Assembly (NCBI GenBank): GCA_963813995.1
Contig: CAWFAZ010000037.1
Coordinates: forward strand, 7,430 to 71,429
Source of the DNA: an uncultured Verrucomicrobiae bacterium
GTDB lineage: Bacteria; Verrucomicrobiota; Verrucomicrobiia; Limisphaerales; Palsa-1400
Reading direction: 5' to 3'
Length of the DNA: 64,000 bases
A program made the translations under genes and the position numbers. Positions 52,613 to 61,565 of this stretch are shown piece by piece (position 1 is the first letter of the stretch; the number at the start of each line of letters is the position of its first letter). Below the pieces are notes generated by a model. The model saw only the letters and a list, made by a program, of their open reading frames with translations, was not told the DNA's origin and searched no databases.

Positions 52613-55600
52613 CTCTTTGCGGCTGCGCAGATCGCGCAGTTTGCCGCCCAGCGCGCCGGGTCCCCGGCGGCCGCCGATTGGCGCGCGTTCAATCCGATGA
52701 GGGCCTGCTGCAGCTTGATGTTGTGCAGTTGCACGCGGGCGTCCTCGTTGAACGCGGCGTCGTGCGTCGATAGATCATAAGCGGCTTCGAAGGCGCGCCG
52801 TGCTTGCCGCGGATCGCCGTTCTCCAGGGAACTGTTGCCCAGGGCCAAAAATTCCTGGGCTTCCGCGGTCCGCGCCAGTTGCAGGCTGTTTTCGTTTTGC
52901 AGGTAGGATTGCGCGTCCGCCGCGTCCGTCCGCGGCACGACTTCCTGCTGTTGCAGTTGGAGCGAGCCGGTCCAATGTTTGACCCGCCACTGGCCGCCCA
53001 GGGAAAGTTTCCAGGTGATGTTTTCCAGGGGCAGATCGAATTTCGGCGCGAGCAAGGCCAGATCGAGCGAACGCGAGTCCCCCTGGCCGGCTCGGCAACT
53101 GTGAAAAATTTCCACCGTCACCGGCTTGTCCCCGGCCGACTGCCGCTCCAATGGGATCAGGATTTTATCGCCGTCGCGCCACGGCCAGACGCCGCTGTCG
53201 TTGACGAAGGCAAACCAGAAACGGGCCTGCGGCGGCAGCGTCACGCTGAGCAGGCGTTTGTCTCCGGGCAGAATTTCCAGGCGCGTGCGCGTCAGCATGA
53301 CCCCGTCGTCGGAAATCACGGATTGGAACGTGATATTGTTGACGCGGGCGGGCAGCAATTTGGCGGCTTGGTGGCGCTCGAGTTTCAACGGGAGCTGGAA
53401 CGACGGCTCGACCAGGCGCCAGGTGAAATTGGCCGCGACCGCTTGCAAGTCCTTTTGCAGCGCGCGCGGAATGCTCTGCCATTCGGTGGGCTGGAGCGCT
53501 TCCGGCAGGAGGTCCGCCGTCACCTGGAGGCGCGGGTCCGATTGCACGGTGACAAAGCCGCGTTGCAGGTTCACATCGGCCGCTTCCACGCTGCGCAAGG
53601 TGGTTTCCGCGGCCTGGCCGGGCAGGGGAATCTGATAAGCAACCTGAAGCAGGTATTGACCGATGAAGCGCCGGCGCAGTTTCACTTCCCATGCCCGCAA
53701 CCCATTGGCGGCGGCGCCAGGCGTTTGCAGAAAGTCCGCCACCTGGTCGCCCTCGAACCGCACGCCCCCGGCGTTGGTGGGAATCAAAACGCGAAAACTC
53801 TTCAGCCCGGTGTTCTCGATTTGATACTGCAAATTGGCCGTGACCTTCACTTGTGCTTCGCTGATCGCCGCGTGTTGCAGGCTCGTCACCTGAATCCAGG
53901 GGTCCACCTGCTCGATGTCCAGCGCGAGGGTCGCCGGAACCTGCAAGGCGCGAAAGCCGAGCACGCCCTTCTGCTTGACGCCCGACTTCTGCGGGTCCAA
54001 CTGCGTGTAACCCTCGCGCGCCGCCACTTGCAAGCGCATCCCTTGCTCCGGCACAATCAGCAAGGCGCCCCGCTGTTTGCCGGCCTGGCGCAACACGACT
54101 TGCGGCACCTTCCAATTCCGGGCTGTTTTCACCCCGGGTCCGGCGAGGGTCAGGGCGAAGGATTGCCGCCCTTGCGTCTTGCCGGACAGATGCAAAGTGA
54201 TGACGCGCCCGGCTTCCGTCTTCAATTCCGTCCACTGGCTCAAGACCGGACTGCTGATGGATTCGACGTCGAACCCCGCCGGCATCAGAAAGCTCAACTC
54301 GAAAATGCCCGCCCGCGTGATGTCCACCGTGAAATTGTCCGCCAGCACGGTGCGGTCTTCCCCGAGCGACAACGTATCGTCGGTTTCCACGCGCACATCC
54401 GGTTCCACTGCCGCGGCCCGCAAGGCCACGCTCGCGTTGGTGTCCGAGTAACGGAACGCGCGGCGCAAGGTCAGGTCAGGGATTTGTCCTTGCAGCGCGG
54501 CCACGGCGTCGCCGGGAAAATCCTCCAGGTTGATGGGCGACAGCGCGCGCGGGGTGACGGTGTCGAGTTGCACCTCACTGCCTGTGGCGATGCCCGCCAA
54601 ACCAATCTGGCCCGCCGCGTTTTCCACCGCGACCAACCCGGCGGATTGCTCAAACGGCAGCGGCCCGGCGGCGATCTGCGACCGGACAAGAACCACAAAA
54701 GGCCGCGACTGCGCGGGATTCAAGGTCACGCGCAGCTTCCCGGTGTCCGGGTCGAATCGCCAGAGGGAGATGAGTGAGCCGGCCGCGCTCACATCCGTGA
54801 CCGTTGCGCCCGGCGGCACGTTGAGGATCAGCTCGCCCAACTCGCCTTGCGCGGGGCGGATGGAAACGTAATGGGCGCCTTCGATGACTCCAGCCAACGG
54901 AACATAAAGCTGCGAAACCTCCGCGTAAAACACCGGCTTCTCGCGCTTGACATCGCGGCGGCGCGGCCGCCAGGCAATCGACGCCTGCGCCGGCGACAAC
55001 ACTAGCACGGCCAGCGTGTTGGAGCCGGCGTGGTCGCAATGAATCGAGACCGCTTGCGGCGACAACACATCGACATCGAGATCAGCGACCGTGAGATTGA
55101 GTTGATTGATCAAGCCGTAGGGCACGGGCAGCGTGAAACCGCTTTCGGTTTTGTCATTTGCCACCGGCGCCTGGTATTGCACCTCGATGTCGAACACGCC
55201 GCCGGCCCGCGCCACCAATTGTTGCGAGTATCTTGAGCCGTCCGGCCCCGCCACCAGCTCAAGCGAGCGCGCCGGATACGAGACATGCGTCAACACCGCC
55301 GGCTCGGACAACAGCGGGAGGGTTTGCCCCTTGACGGCCTGCCAGCGGATTTTAGCGGTGGCCAGCGCGAACTTGTCTTCGACGCGAATGGTCTGCGTCA
55401 CGGAATCGGGAAGCGCCGCCGGTTCGGCCATCGCGCCGCAAGCGAGCGACAAGAGACCGCCGATAACAAGGGCTGTTGCGGCGGGCGCGAGTGTCGGTTC
55501 CGTGCCGGGCGGCAAGCGCCAAAGTTGCGTCAACACTGGCACGGCGATGTGCCAGACGAGGAAGGCGAACAGCAGCCAGAAAAGCAGCGCCGCGCCGTTG

Positions 55601-58560
55601 GGAAATCTAAGCGCCGCCCAAGCCAGAAGCATCCAGACGCCAATCCTTCCCGCCACTCCCATCCGCGAATGGCCCGCCAGCCAGAGCGCCAGGGCGGCCA
55701 GCACGGGCCAACCGTAGCCAAAGAGCATCCAGAAAGATGTTTTGTCCGCAACGTTCGACACCGCCACGCTCAACGCCGTGCCCGCCTGTTGCACCGGCGC
55801 GAGAAACGTCAAGCCGGCGGGCATGGTCGCGGCCACGGACCCCGCCAATTTTGACAGTTGTGCAAAACAAACGACGATAAGGACGAAAACGACCAAAACG
55901 ACCACCGCGCCGCTCCGGTAAAAGCCGGTGACTGCCGCCTTGCGCCACACCACGGCCGCTGCCGCCGCCAATCCCAACGCGGTGAAAAGCCACGTCAGCG
56001 CGCGACCCAGTTTTTCCCCCGCGAACAGGCGGGCCAATTGCGCAAAACCGGAAACATCCGGCGCGCCGCCCACCGGCATGACTGAGCCGGCCTCATAGAC
56101 CAGACGCTGGCCCGTGTCCGGTTCGAGCTTCCATTCGGCCAGCATCACCGGGGCGTCGGCAGTGGGCGCGGCAATGCGGACCCGTTTTGGATCGAGGGAT
56201 TGGGAGGCCAGTTTCAAATCCAGTTCCAGCACGGCATTTGGATCGCTGCTTTGCGGAAGTGGAATCAGGCTGGCCTTGCCGTCCTGGACAGGGACGATGG
56301 CGGCGCCGTTAATGGTGGCGGACCACAATTGCGCTCCGTCGGGAATCGTCAGCCGGAAATGAGGGTTGCCGCGGTTTTTGATGAAGTAGCGGATGTCGGT
56401 GAGCACTTGTCCTTCCTTGGAGATGCGGGTGTCCAGCGAAGCGCGGTCCACGATTTGGTTGAGCGAATCCCTCTGCGCCAGCGGGCTGAGCGAAAGTTTC
56501 AAATTGAAGGGACGCGAGGCGTAACGATAGGCGGCAAGGACAGGCGCATCGAAGAAAAGCCGGTATTCCGGCGGCACTTCACCCGTTTCCAGCGGGAGCA
56601 GGCCGGGCGAAACGTCCGCCCGCTTTACCTCAAACTGATAGGCACTGGTGACCAGGGTGTAGCCTTCCTCCGATTGGGCATCCAGGGGACGGGCGCCGGT
56701 GAAAGCCAGCGTCTCGCCCTGCGGCTTGAAGGGCCGCTCGTAGGTCGCCAGCAACGTGTAGGCGCCTGCCACCGGCGTATGCAGTTGCACCACGTAACCG
56801 CCGTCTGTCTTCTGCCAGTTGCGAAGGTCTTTTCCCGTGAACTCCACGTTGTAGTATTCGTCTGACAATTCGATCTTGAACGCCGCCACCGGCGCGCCCG
56901 ACACCACGTAGTTGATGACGCTGCTCCCGTAGGCAATGCCTTCGCCGATGGAGAAGAGGTGCAGCGCGCCGGCCTGGACGGTTTGCGGCAATCGTTCGAC
57001 GCGCAAGGCGGCCTCCCACCCGGTCTCGTTCAACCGGAACGCGGCTTGAATGCCCTCCAATTTCCCCGGATAAAACGCCGTGGCAATTTCCGTCAGCTCC
57101 TTCGTCCGTTCCGGTGTCAAGCGAAAACCCGGATCAGCCGACACGCCGACAAACCCACGCACGGACTTGGCCTGGGAAACCTCCAGGCGGGGCAGCATCC
57201 AATTCGTTCCGCCAAGGCCCTGGTTGTGTTCGAGCCGCAGTTGGACCAATTGCCGGCCGGAGATCGGCTGGCCGTACACCAATCGCAACCCGGCCCCCGG
57301 CGCTCCCGCCGGTTCGCTCAGGAAATAGTCGCTCAAACCCGCGGCGTTGAGCCGGGCGACGGCGAATCCTTTGGGCACGCCGATCAGCAATTCGCGCAGC
57401 GGCGCTTCGCGAATGTCCAACTCCAGTTCCGCATCCAGCGTCAACTCGTTTTCGCCGACGCGATACGCCAGCAATTCCGAGACGGCCAATTCGGGCAGGA
57501 TTTGGTCGGCCTGAATGCGCAACGCGAAATCGGCGCCGGCAAAACGATAGGCAAAGCGTTGATTGCCCTCGACGCGAAAGGCCGCCCGCGTCGCGTCGGT
57601 GTCGGGAAATTGTTCGGGCGAGATTTGGGACGTGCCGACGGCCTGCACCACCTCCAGGCGCACCGCGCCTTCATTGACCAGGCGGAGGCAGCCGGCAAAC
57701 CGCGTGGCGTTTTCCGGACGCAACTGCAAGACGTCGGCGGTTTGCGGAAACGCGCCGAGCGGAGTTTGCGCCTGCACCTGGAACGCGAATTGGTCCTTTT
57801 GCGGTTGGTTCAACTGAATGACCAGGCGGCGGTCGGAGGAATGGGCCACCGGTTCGACGCTCCAGGCCAGCACCTGGTCGCCTTGCACGCGCGTCACTTC
57901 GCCCGCGCCGCGCAGCCGCAACGAAACCCGGTTCAACTCGCCTTGCATGACCTTGAAATTGAGCAGCGCAACTTGCCGCATCAGCCCCGGACTGACGCTG
58001 ATTTGCGACAGCATCCCGGCTGAAAAGAATAATTTCCCTTCCGTTTCAGGCCGGACCTCCTTCCATGAAAATTTCACCGCGCCGTCCGCCGGCAGGTAGC
58101 TCAGGAAGTCGCCGCCCTGGCGTTCCGGCCGCGCCGCGCCGGCGAACTGGAATTGCGTGTCGGCAGCCAGTCCGCGCAGGACGATGGGTTGCAGGACGCT
58201 CGGCGCGACGCGGAACTCCACATTGTTCCAACCTTCGGTCTGGCGCACCAGGGCGCTGAATTTGACCTGGATGGGGAACTCGCCGCCGTGGTCGAACGCC
58301 AGGGAAAATTGATTTTGGCCGGCGCGGATATGTTCCCGCGGATGCGGCTCGAAAGCGGTGAGCGCCACCGGACCGGAGAGCAAGTCAAGCGAGCCGCCGC
58401 GCGGATTTTCGACGCGCGCCGTGGCGGTGAGAATAAACGCCGCGCCATCGCCGCTGAGATCGCCGGTGAGTTTAAAGTCTGTCAAAGTAACGGCGCTTTC
58501 CGCGGCATGAACGGCGGCGGCCAGGAGCGAAACCCAGAGGACAAAGAGTGAAATTTTCAT
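52609..58560 (-). CDS. 1,983-aa two-lobed membrane protein of unknown function (signal peptide / ~890-aa lobe / 6 TM helices / ~950-aa paralogous lobe / TPR-like tail)
   Basis: Start taken at ATG 58560 (MKISLFVLWVSLLAAAVHAAE). The 58815 track start would overlap the upstream gene by 240 nt. The central hydrophobic core includes WLFTALGLAAAAAVVW, VVVLVVFVLIVVCFAQL, FWMLFGYGWPVLAALALWLAG, IGVWMLLAWAAL, ALLFWLLFAFLVWHIAVPVL and ALVIGGLLSLACGAMA. The two lobes align with each other (see findings). No known family recognised. Confidence 0.8.
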   Translation of the reverse strand: MKISLFVLWVSLLAAAVHAAESAVTLTDFKLTGDLSGDGAAFILTATARVENPRGGSLDLLSGPVALTAFEPHPREHIRAGQNQFSLAFDHGGEFPIQVKFSALVRQTEGWNNVEFRVAPSVLQPIVLRGLAADTQFQFAGAARPERQGGDFLSYLPADGAVKFSWKEVRPETEGKLFFSAGMLSQISVSPGLMRQVALLNFKVMQGELNRVSLRLRGAGEVTRVQGDQVLAWSVEPVAHSSDRRLVIQLNQPQKDQFAFQVQAQTPLGAFPQTADVLQLRPENATRFAGCLRLVNEGAVRLEVVQAVGTSQISPEQFPDTDATRAAFRVEGNQRFAYRFAGADFALRIQADQILPELAVSELLAYRVGENELTLDAELELDIREAPLRELLIGVPKGFAVARLNAAGLSDYFLSEPAGAPGAGLRLVYGQPISGRQLVQLRLEHNQGLGGTNWMLPRLEVSQAKSVRGFVGVSADPGFRLTPERTKELTEIATAFYPGKLEGIQAAFRLNETGWEAALRVERLPQTVQAGALHLFSIGEGIAYGSSVINYVVSGAPVAAFKIELSDEYYNVEFTGKDLRNWQKTDGGYVVQLHTPVAGAYTLLATYERPFKPQGETLAFTGARPLDAQSEEGYTLVTSAYQFEVKRADVSPGLLPLETGEVPPEYRLFFDAPVLAAYRYASRPFNLKLSLSPLAQRDSLNQIVDRASLDTRISKEGQVLTDIRYFIKNRGNPHFRLTIPDGAQLWSATINGAAIVPVQDGKASLIPLPQSSDPNAVLELDLKLASQSLDPKRVRIAAPTADAPVMLAEWKLEPDTGQRLVYEAGSVMPVGGAPDVSGFAQLARLFAGEKLGRALTWLFTALGLAAAAAVVWRKAAVTGFYRSGAVVVLVVFVLIVVCFAQLSKLAGSVAATMPAGLTFLAPVQQAGTALSVAVSNVADKTSFWMLFGYGWPVLAALALWLAGHSRMGVAGRIGVWMLLAWAALRFPNGAALLFWLLFAFLVWHIAVPVLTQLWRLPPGTEPTLAPAATALVIGGLLSLACGAMAEPAALPDSVTQTIRVEDKFALATAKIRWQAVKGQTLPLLSEPAVLTHVSYPARSLELVAGPDGSRYSQQLVARAGGVFDIEVQYQAPVANDKTESGFTLPVPYGLINQLNLTVADLDVDVLSPQAVSIHCDHAGSNTLAVLVLSPAQASIAWRPRRRDVKREKPVFYAEVSQLYVPLAGVIEGAHYVSIRPAQGELGELILNVPPGATVTDVSAAGSLISLWRFDPDTGKLRVTLNPAQSRPFVVLVRSQIAAGPLPFEQSAGLVAVENAAGQIGLAGIATGSEVQLDTVTPRALSPINLEDFPGDAVAALQGQIPDLTLRRAFRYSDTNASVALRAAAVEPDVRVETDDTLSLGEDRTVLADNFTVDITRAGIFELSFLMPAGFDVESISSPVLSQWTELKTEAGRVITLHLSGKTQGRQSFALTLAGPGVKTARNWKVPQVVLRQAGKQRGALLIVPEQGMRLQVAAREGYTQLDPQKSGVKQKGVLGFRALQVPATLALDIEQVDPWIQVTSLQHAAISEAQVKVTANLQYQIENTGLKSFRVLIPTNAGGVRFEGDQVADFLQTPGAAANGLRAWEVKLRRRFIGQYLLQVAYQIPLPGQAAETTLRSVEAADVNLQRGFVTVQSDPRLQVTADLLPEALQPTEWQSIPRALQKDLQAVAANFTWRLVEPSFQLPLKLERHQAAKLLPARVNNITFQSVISDDGVMLTRTRLEILPGDKRLLSVTLPPQARFWFAFVNDSGVWPWRDGDKILIPLERQSAGDKPVTVEIFHSCRAGQGDSRSLDLALLAPKFDLPLENITWKLSLGGQWRVKHWTGSLQLQQQEVVPRTDAADAQSYLQNENSLQLARTAEAQEFLALGNSSLENGDPRQARRAFEAAYDLSTHDAAFNEDARVQLHNIKLQQALIGLNARQSAAAGDPARWAANCAICAAAKR

Positions 58561-58574
58561 AGATGCTTCGTGAT

Positions 58575-61565
58575 TTACCTGCCCGAAATGCTCCTGGCCT
58601 GGCGGATCATCCATTCCAGCTTCGCCGGACGGTCGTCGGCGCCATAGACCTGCGGCACTCCGGTCAAATAAACCAGCAACCGGTCGGGCGTGATGTCGCC
58701 GGCATGGGGACTTCCAGCCAGCCATTCGGAAAACGCGGCGGCGCTGGCCGCCAGGCGCATGGCGGGACCGGCTTTTTCCAACGGGACGGCGCTGCCGGTG
58801 TAGGGGACCGTCCATTCGTGCTCCTGGTAATCGGTGGCGCCGGGGACGCGGAAGCGCACACGCACCGTGCCAAGAGGGCCTTCTCCCGCCGGATTGATTT
58901 CCACCGTGTAAAGCGCGTTGCCGGATTCCGCCGCGCCGATTTGGGCGGCGCGGACGCTGTTGTCGCGGAATTCTTCCTTCTTGAGTTGATCCTTGGCGTA
59001 ACCGATCTGCCGATACGACGTCACGCGATTGGAGTTGAACTCAACCTGCACCTTCACGTCGGCGGCCGCGACGCGGAGCGCGCCGGCCAGTTTTCCGGCG
59101 AACTCCGTGGCGGCCTCCTCCGGCGTGTTGATGAATCCATAGCGGCCATTGCCGGCCCGCGACAGCGTCTCGAGCAAATTATCGTTGTACCCATCCCAGC
59201 CGACGCCGAAGCAATCCAGCGCGATGCCTTGTTTGCGGTTGGTTTCGACTTTCTGCTTCAGCGCGTCCGGCTCGACGTTGCCGAGATTGGCCGCGCCGTC
59301 GGTCAGGAGCACGACGCGGTTCTCGCCATTGGCCAGGTAATGGCGCAAGGCGGTGGCGTAGGCCAGCTTCATCGCCTCTTCCAGATTGGTGCCTCCTTCG
59401 GGCGTGAGACTGCGCAAATCTTTGGCGACATTGCCCGCCTGGCTGCCCGGCACGCCGTCCACCCACAACCGGGCGGTGCGCGCGAACACCACCACACTGA
59501 GTGTGTCCTGCGGCTGCAATTGCGAAGCAAGCACGCGCAAAGCCTGGGAAATGATTTCAACGCGGTCGGCGCGTTCCATCGAACCCGACTTGTCAAGAAG
59601 TAAAACCAAATTGAGCGGACGGCCCGCCTGACGGCCTTGCGCGGCGGTCTTGATCGAGAACCGGAGAAAGTCACGGTTATGGGCGAACGGATCGCCGGCG
59701 CGTTCCCAGGCAAAACCGATGGGCGCGCCGGGGGCCGGTTCCGGATCGCGATAATCGAAGGCGTTGATGAATTCTTCGCTTCTCATGCTGGCGGCTTCCG
59801 GCATCGCGCCATTTTGCAAACTCGCCGCCGCCAGCTTGAAGGCAACATCGCTGACGTTGAGCGAGAAGGTGGTGAAGGCGTTGTCGCGCGTCAGGACTTC
59901 GGCTTGCGGAACCGGGCCGGGTAGGGCAGGGCGGGGCAGGGGAGCATCGCTCAGTTCGACCTGTTTTTTGGAGGAAGGAAGCGCCGTCGTAGCGACGAGA
60001 TTGGTCATCGGGATACTGATCGAACCAGGAGGCATACTGACGTAACCGTTCACAGTGACGGAATACTCCTTGGAGGATGGAGCCGCTGGTTCCGCAGGCG
60101 TGGGAAGGGCGACAGTGGATGGGGCAGGGTAGGCGTAGCGCCCAACGAATGGCCTCGATGCAGCGGACTCCGGCATGGGAGTGGGGGCAGCGATGGAAGC
60201 GGTCGGTTCCATCCTCTGAAGCATTCGCTCCGCCGCGTGGGATGGGGCTGGCGCCATCACGGGAGGGGGCAGGCTCGCATTATTGGGAGGAGGCAGCGAG
60301 TTCCATTTTCCCTCAGCTTCCGCCTTCGTGATCTTATCTTTCTGTGCGCTTTGGAACAACGAACCAACATGGGGAACGTCCCCCATGGCGAACGACCCGG
60401 AAGTCCCGGGGCTTTTTGTCACGGGCACAGGGCTGGAGGCAGAGGCGATTCCGCCCACTCCACCTCGTCCTCCAAATCCGGCCTCGGGCTGCGCAATTGA
60501 GTCTGAGGCGACCAAGACGTGATGAGTATCCTTGTCCACATGAAGGTTGTAAGCGGCGGTTCCTTCCGCGGCTGTAACCGTGACGACCGCTGCGGCTGGC
60601 GTCTCTGCTTGCTGCCTGTTTCCGTTCTCCGCAGTTTGAAGAGCGAAACCACCGCCGCCACCACGGACGGCCCCGCTGTTATCTTGGTTGTTTACAACCG
60701 CGAGCTGCTGTTCGTTATTCTGAGGAAGAATAATCTGGCTTGCCGGAGAAGCGGTGGGCACCGGCAGGGCCGCTAACTCGCCACTCAATGTTGCCGGCGG
60801 CGCGGCTGGTGCCGGGGAGGGCTGATTGAGAGCCGCCAGATTTCCCTCCCCGCCGGGCAACGTGACAACCGTGCTTTTCAACTGCGCTACCGGCTGCTGC
60901 CCCACCGCTCCGAGGTAATACCTTTCGCCCGCGACGGAGGGAAGTTCGCCGCCTGCCCCGTGGCCGAAGTAGGGTCGGAGGTCATCCATGGTTGGCACAG
61001 CAGTAGCGAGTTGTCGCTGTTCCAATGCCCACTGTTGTTTGGCGCTGTCGAGCAACCGCAGATTGTTGACGATGCTGTTTTGTTGCGACGACGTTCGCGC
61101 CTTGACGACATTCGGAAAGCTCAAATGCGAATACCAAGGCGCGGAAGAACGAATGCCCATCGTTTCGTGTAGGCCCGCCGTTTCGATGTGCGGGATTGAC
61201 ACAAGCACCAGCACAACCGCCGCCGCCGCGGCCAGCGGGACCAGCCATGACATCTTCCGGCGCGGCGGCGGAGCAAATTCTTCGGGCGCAATGGTCTTGA
61301 AATGGGCCAGCAATTTCTCGCGCCGCGCCGGGCTGAGCTTGAGGGACGCGGGCTGCGCGGGAGTCTCGCCAACGGGTGTGGCGGCGGTTTCGCGCAGGAG
61401 GTCCAGGGTCAGGCTGAGCCGATCCCGCAACCGGCCCAATTCGGCATCCTTTGCGATCAGTTCCCGCACGCTGGCCGCTTCAGCGGCGGACAATTCGCCC
61501 AGCAACAGCGCCGTTACTTTGGCCTCAAGTTCTTCGCGAGGATTGGGTGGTAAATCGGGGTTCAT
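58575..61565 (-). CDS. Membrane-spanning anti-sigma-factor-like protein with extracytoplasmic YfbK-type von Willebrand A module
   Basis: The N-terminus ..LLLGELSAAEAASVRELIAKDAELGRLRDRL is anti-sigma-like. There is one TM helix (SWLVPLAAAAAVVLVLVSI) and a pseudopilin-like NNLRLLDSAKQQWALEQ segment, then a long P/A/S-rich linker. This is followed by vWA-N (NAFTTFSLNVSDVAF..EEFINAFDY), VWA with a DxSxS MIDAS motif (LLLDKSGSM) and a DUF3520-like tail (VQVEFNSNRVTSYRQIGY). ATGA overlap with the sigma gene. Confidence 0.85.
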   Translation of the reverse strand: MNPDLPPNPREELEAKVTALLLGELSAAEAASVRELIAKDAELGRLRDRLSLTLDLLRETAATPVGETPAQPASLKLSPARREKLLAHFKTIAPEEFAPPPRRKMSWLVPLAAAAAVVLVLVSIPHIETAGLHETMGIRSSAPWYSHLSFPNVVKARTSSQQNSIVNNLRLLDSAKQQWALEQRQLATAVPTMDDLRPYFGHGAGGELPSVAGERYYLGAVGQQPVAQLKSTVVTLPGGEGNLAALNQPSPAPAAPPATLSGELAALPVPTASPASQIILPQNNEQQLAVVNNQDNSGAVRGGGGGFALQTAENGNRQQAETPAAAVVTVTAAEGTAAYNLHVDKDTHHVLVASDSIAQPEAGFGGRGGVGGIASASSPVPVTKSPGTSGSFAMGDVPHVGSLFQSAQKDKITKAEAEGKWNSLPPPNNASLPPPVMAPAPSHAAERMLQRMEPTASIAAPTPMPESAASRPFVGRYAYPAPSTVALPTPAEPAAPSSKEYSVTVNGYVSMPPGSISIPMTNLVATTALPSSKKQVELSDAPLPRPALPGPVPQAEVLTRDNAFTTFSLNVSDVAFKLAAASLQNGAMPEAASMRSEEFINAFDYRDPEPAPGAPIGFAWERAGDPFAHNRDFLRFSIKTAAQGRQAGRPLNLVLLLDKSGSMERADRVEIISQALRVLASQLQPQDTLSVVVFARTARLWVDGVPGSQAGNVAKDLRSLTPEGGTNLEEAMKLAYATALRHYLANGENRVVLLTDGAANLGNVEPDALKQKVETNRKQGIALDCFGVGWDGYNDNLLETLSRAGNGRYGFINTPEEAATEFAGKLAGALRVAAADVKVQVEFNSNRVTSYRQIGYAKDQLKKEEFRDNSVRAAQIGAAESGNALYTVEINPAGEGPLGTVRVRFRVPGATDYQEHEWTVPYTGSAVPLEKAGPAMRLAASAAAFSEWLAGSPHAGDITPDRLLVYLTGVPQVYGADDRPAKLEWMIRQARSISGR

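Noticed and set aside
52804-54777. 657-aa plus-strand ORF and similar ORFs (53165..54235, 56959..58023, 58563..59603, 36349..37920, 38333..39781, 42968..43981, 45484..46605, 25019..27204)
   Set aside because: All are antisense to genes with strong motif support or a coherent domain architecture. All are R/G/P/Q-rich with no motifs. These are a high-GC artefact.
58561-58815. Upstream extension of the giant ORF (track start 58815)
   Set aside because: The extension is Arg/Pro/Gly-rich, overlaps the 3' end of the anti-sigma/VWA gene by 240 nt and precedes an obvious signal peptide at ATG 58560.
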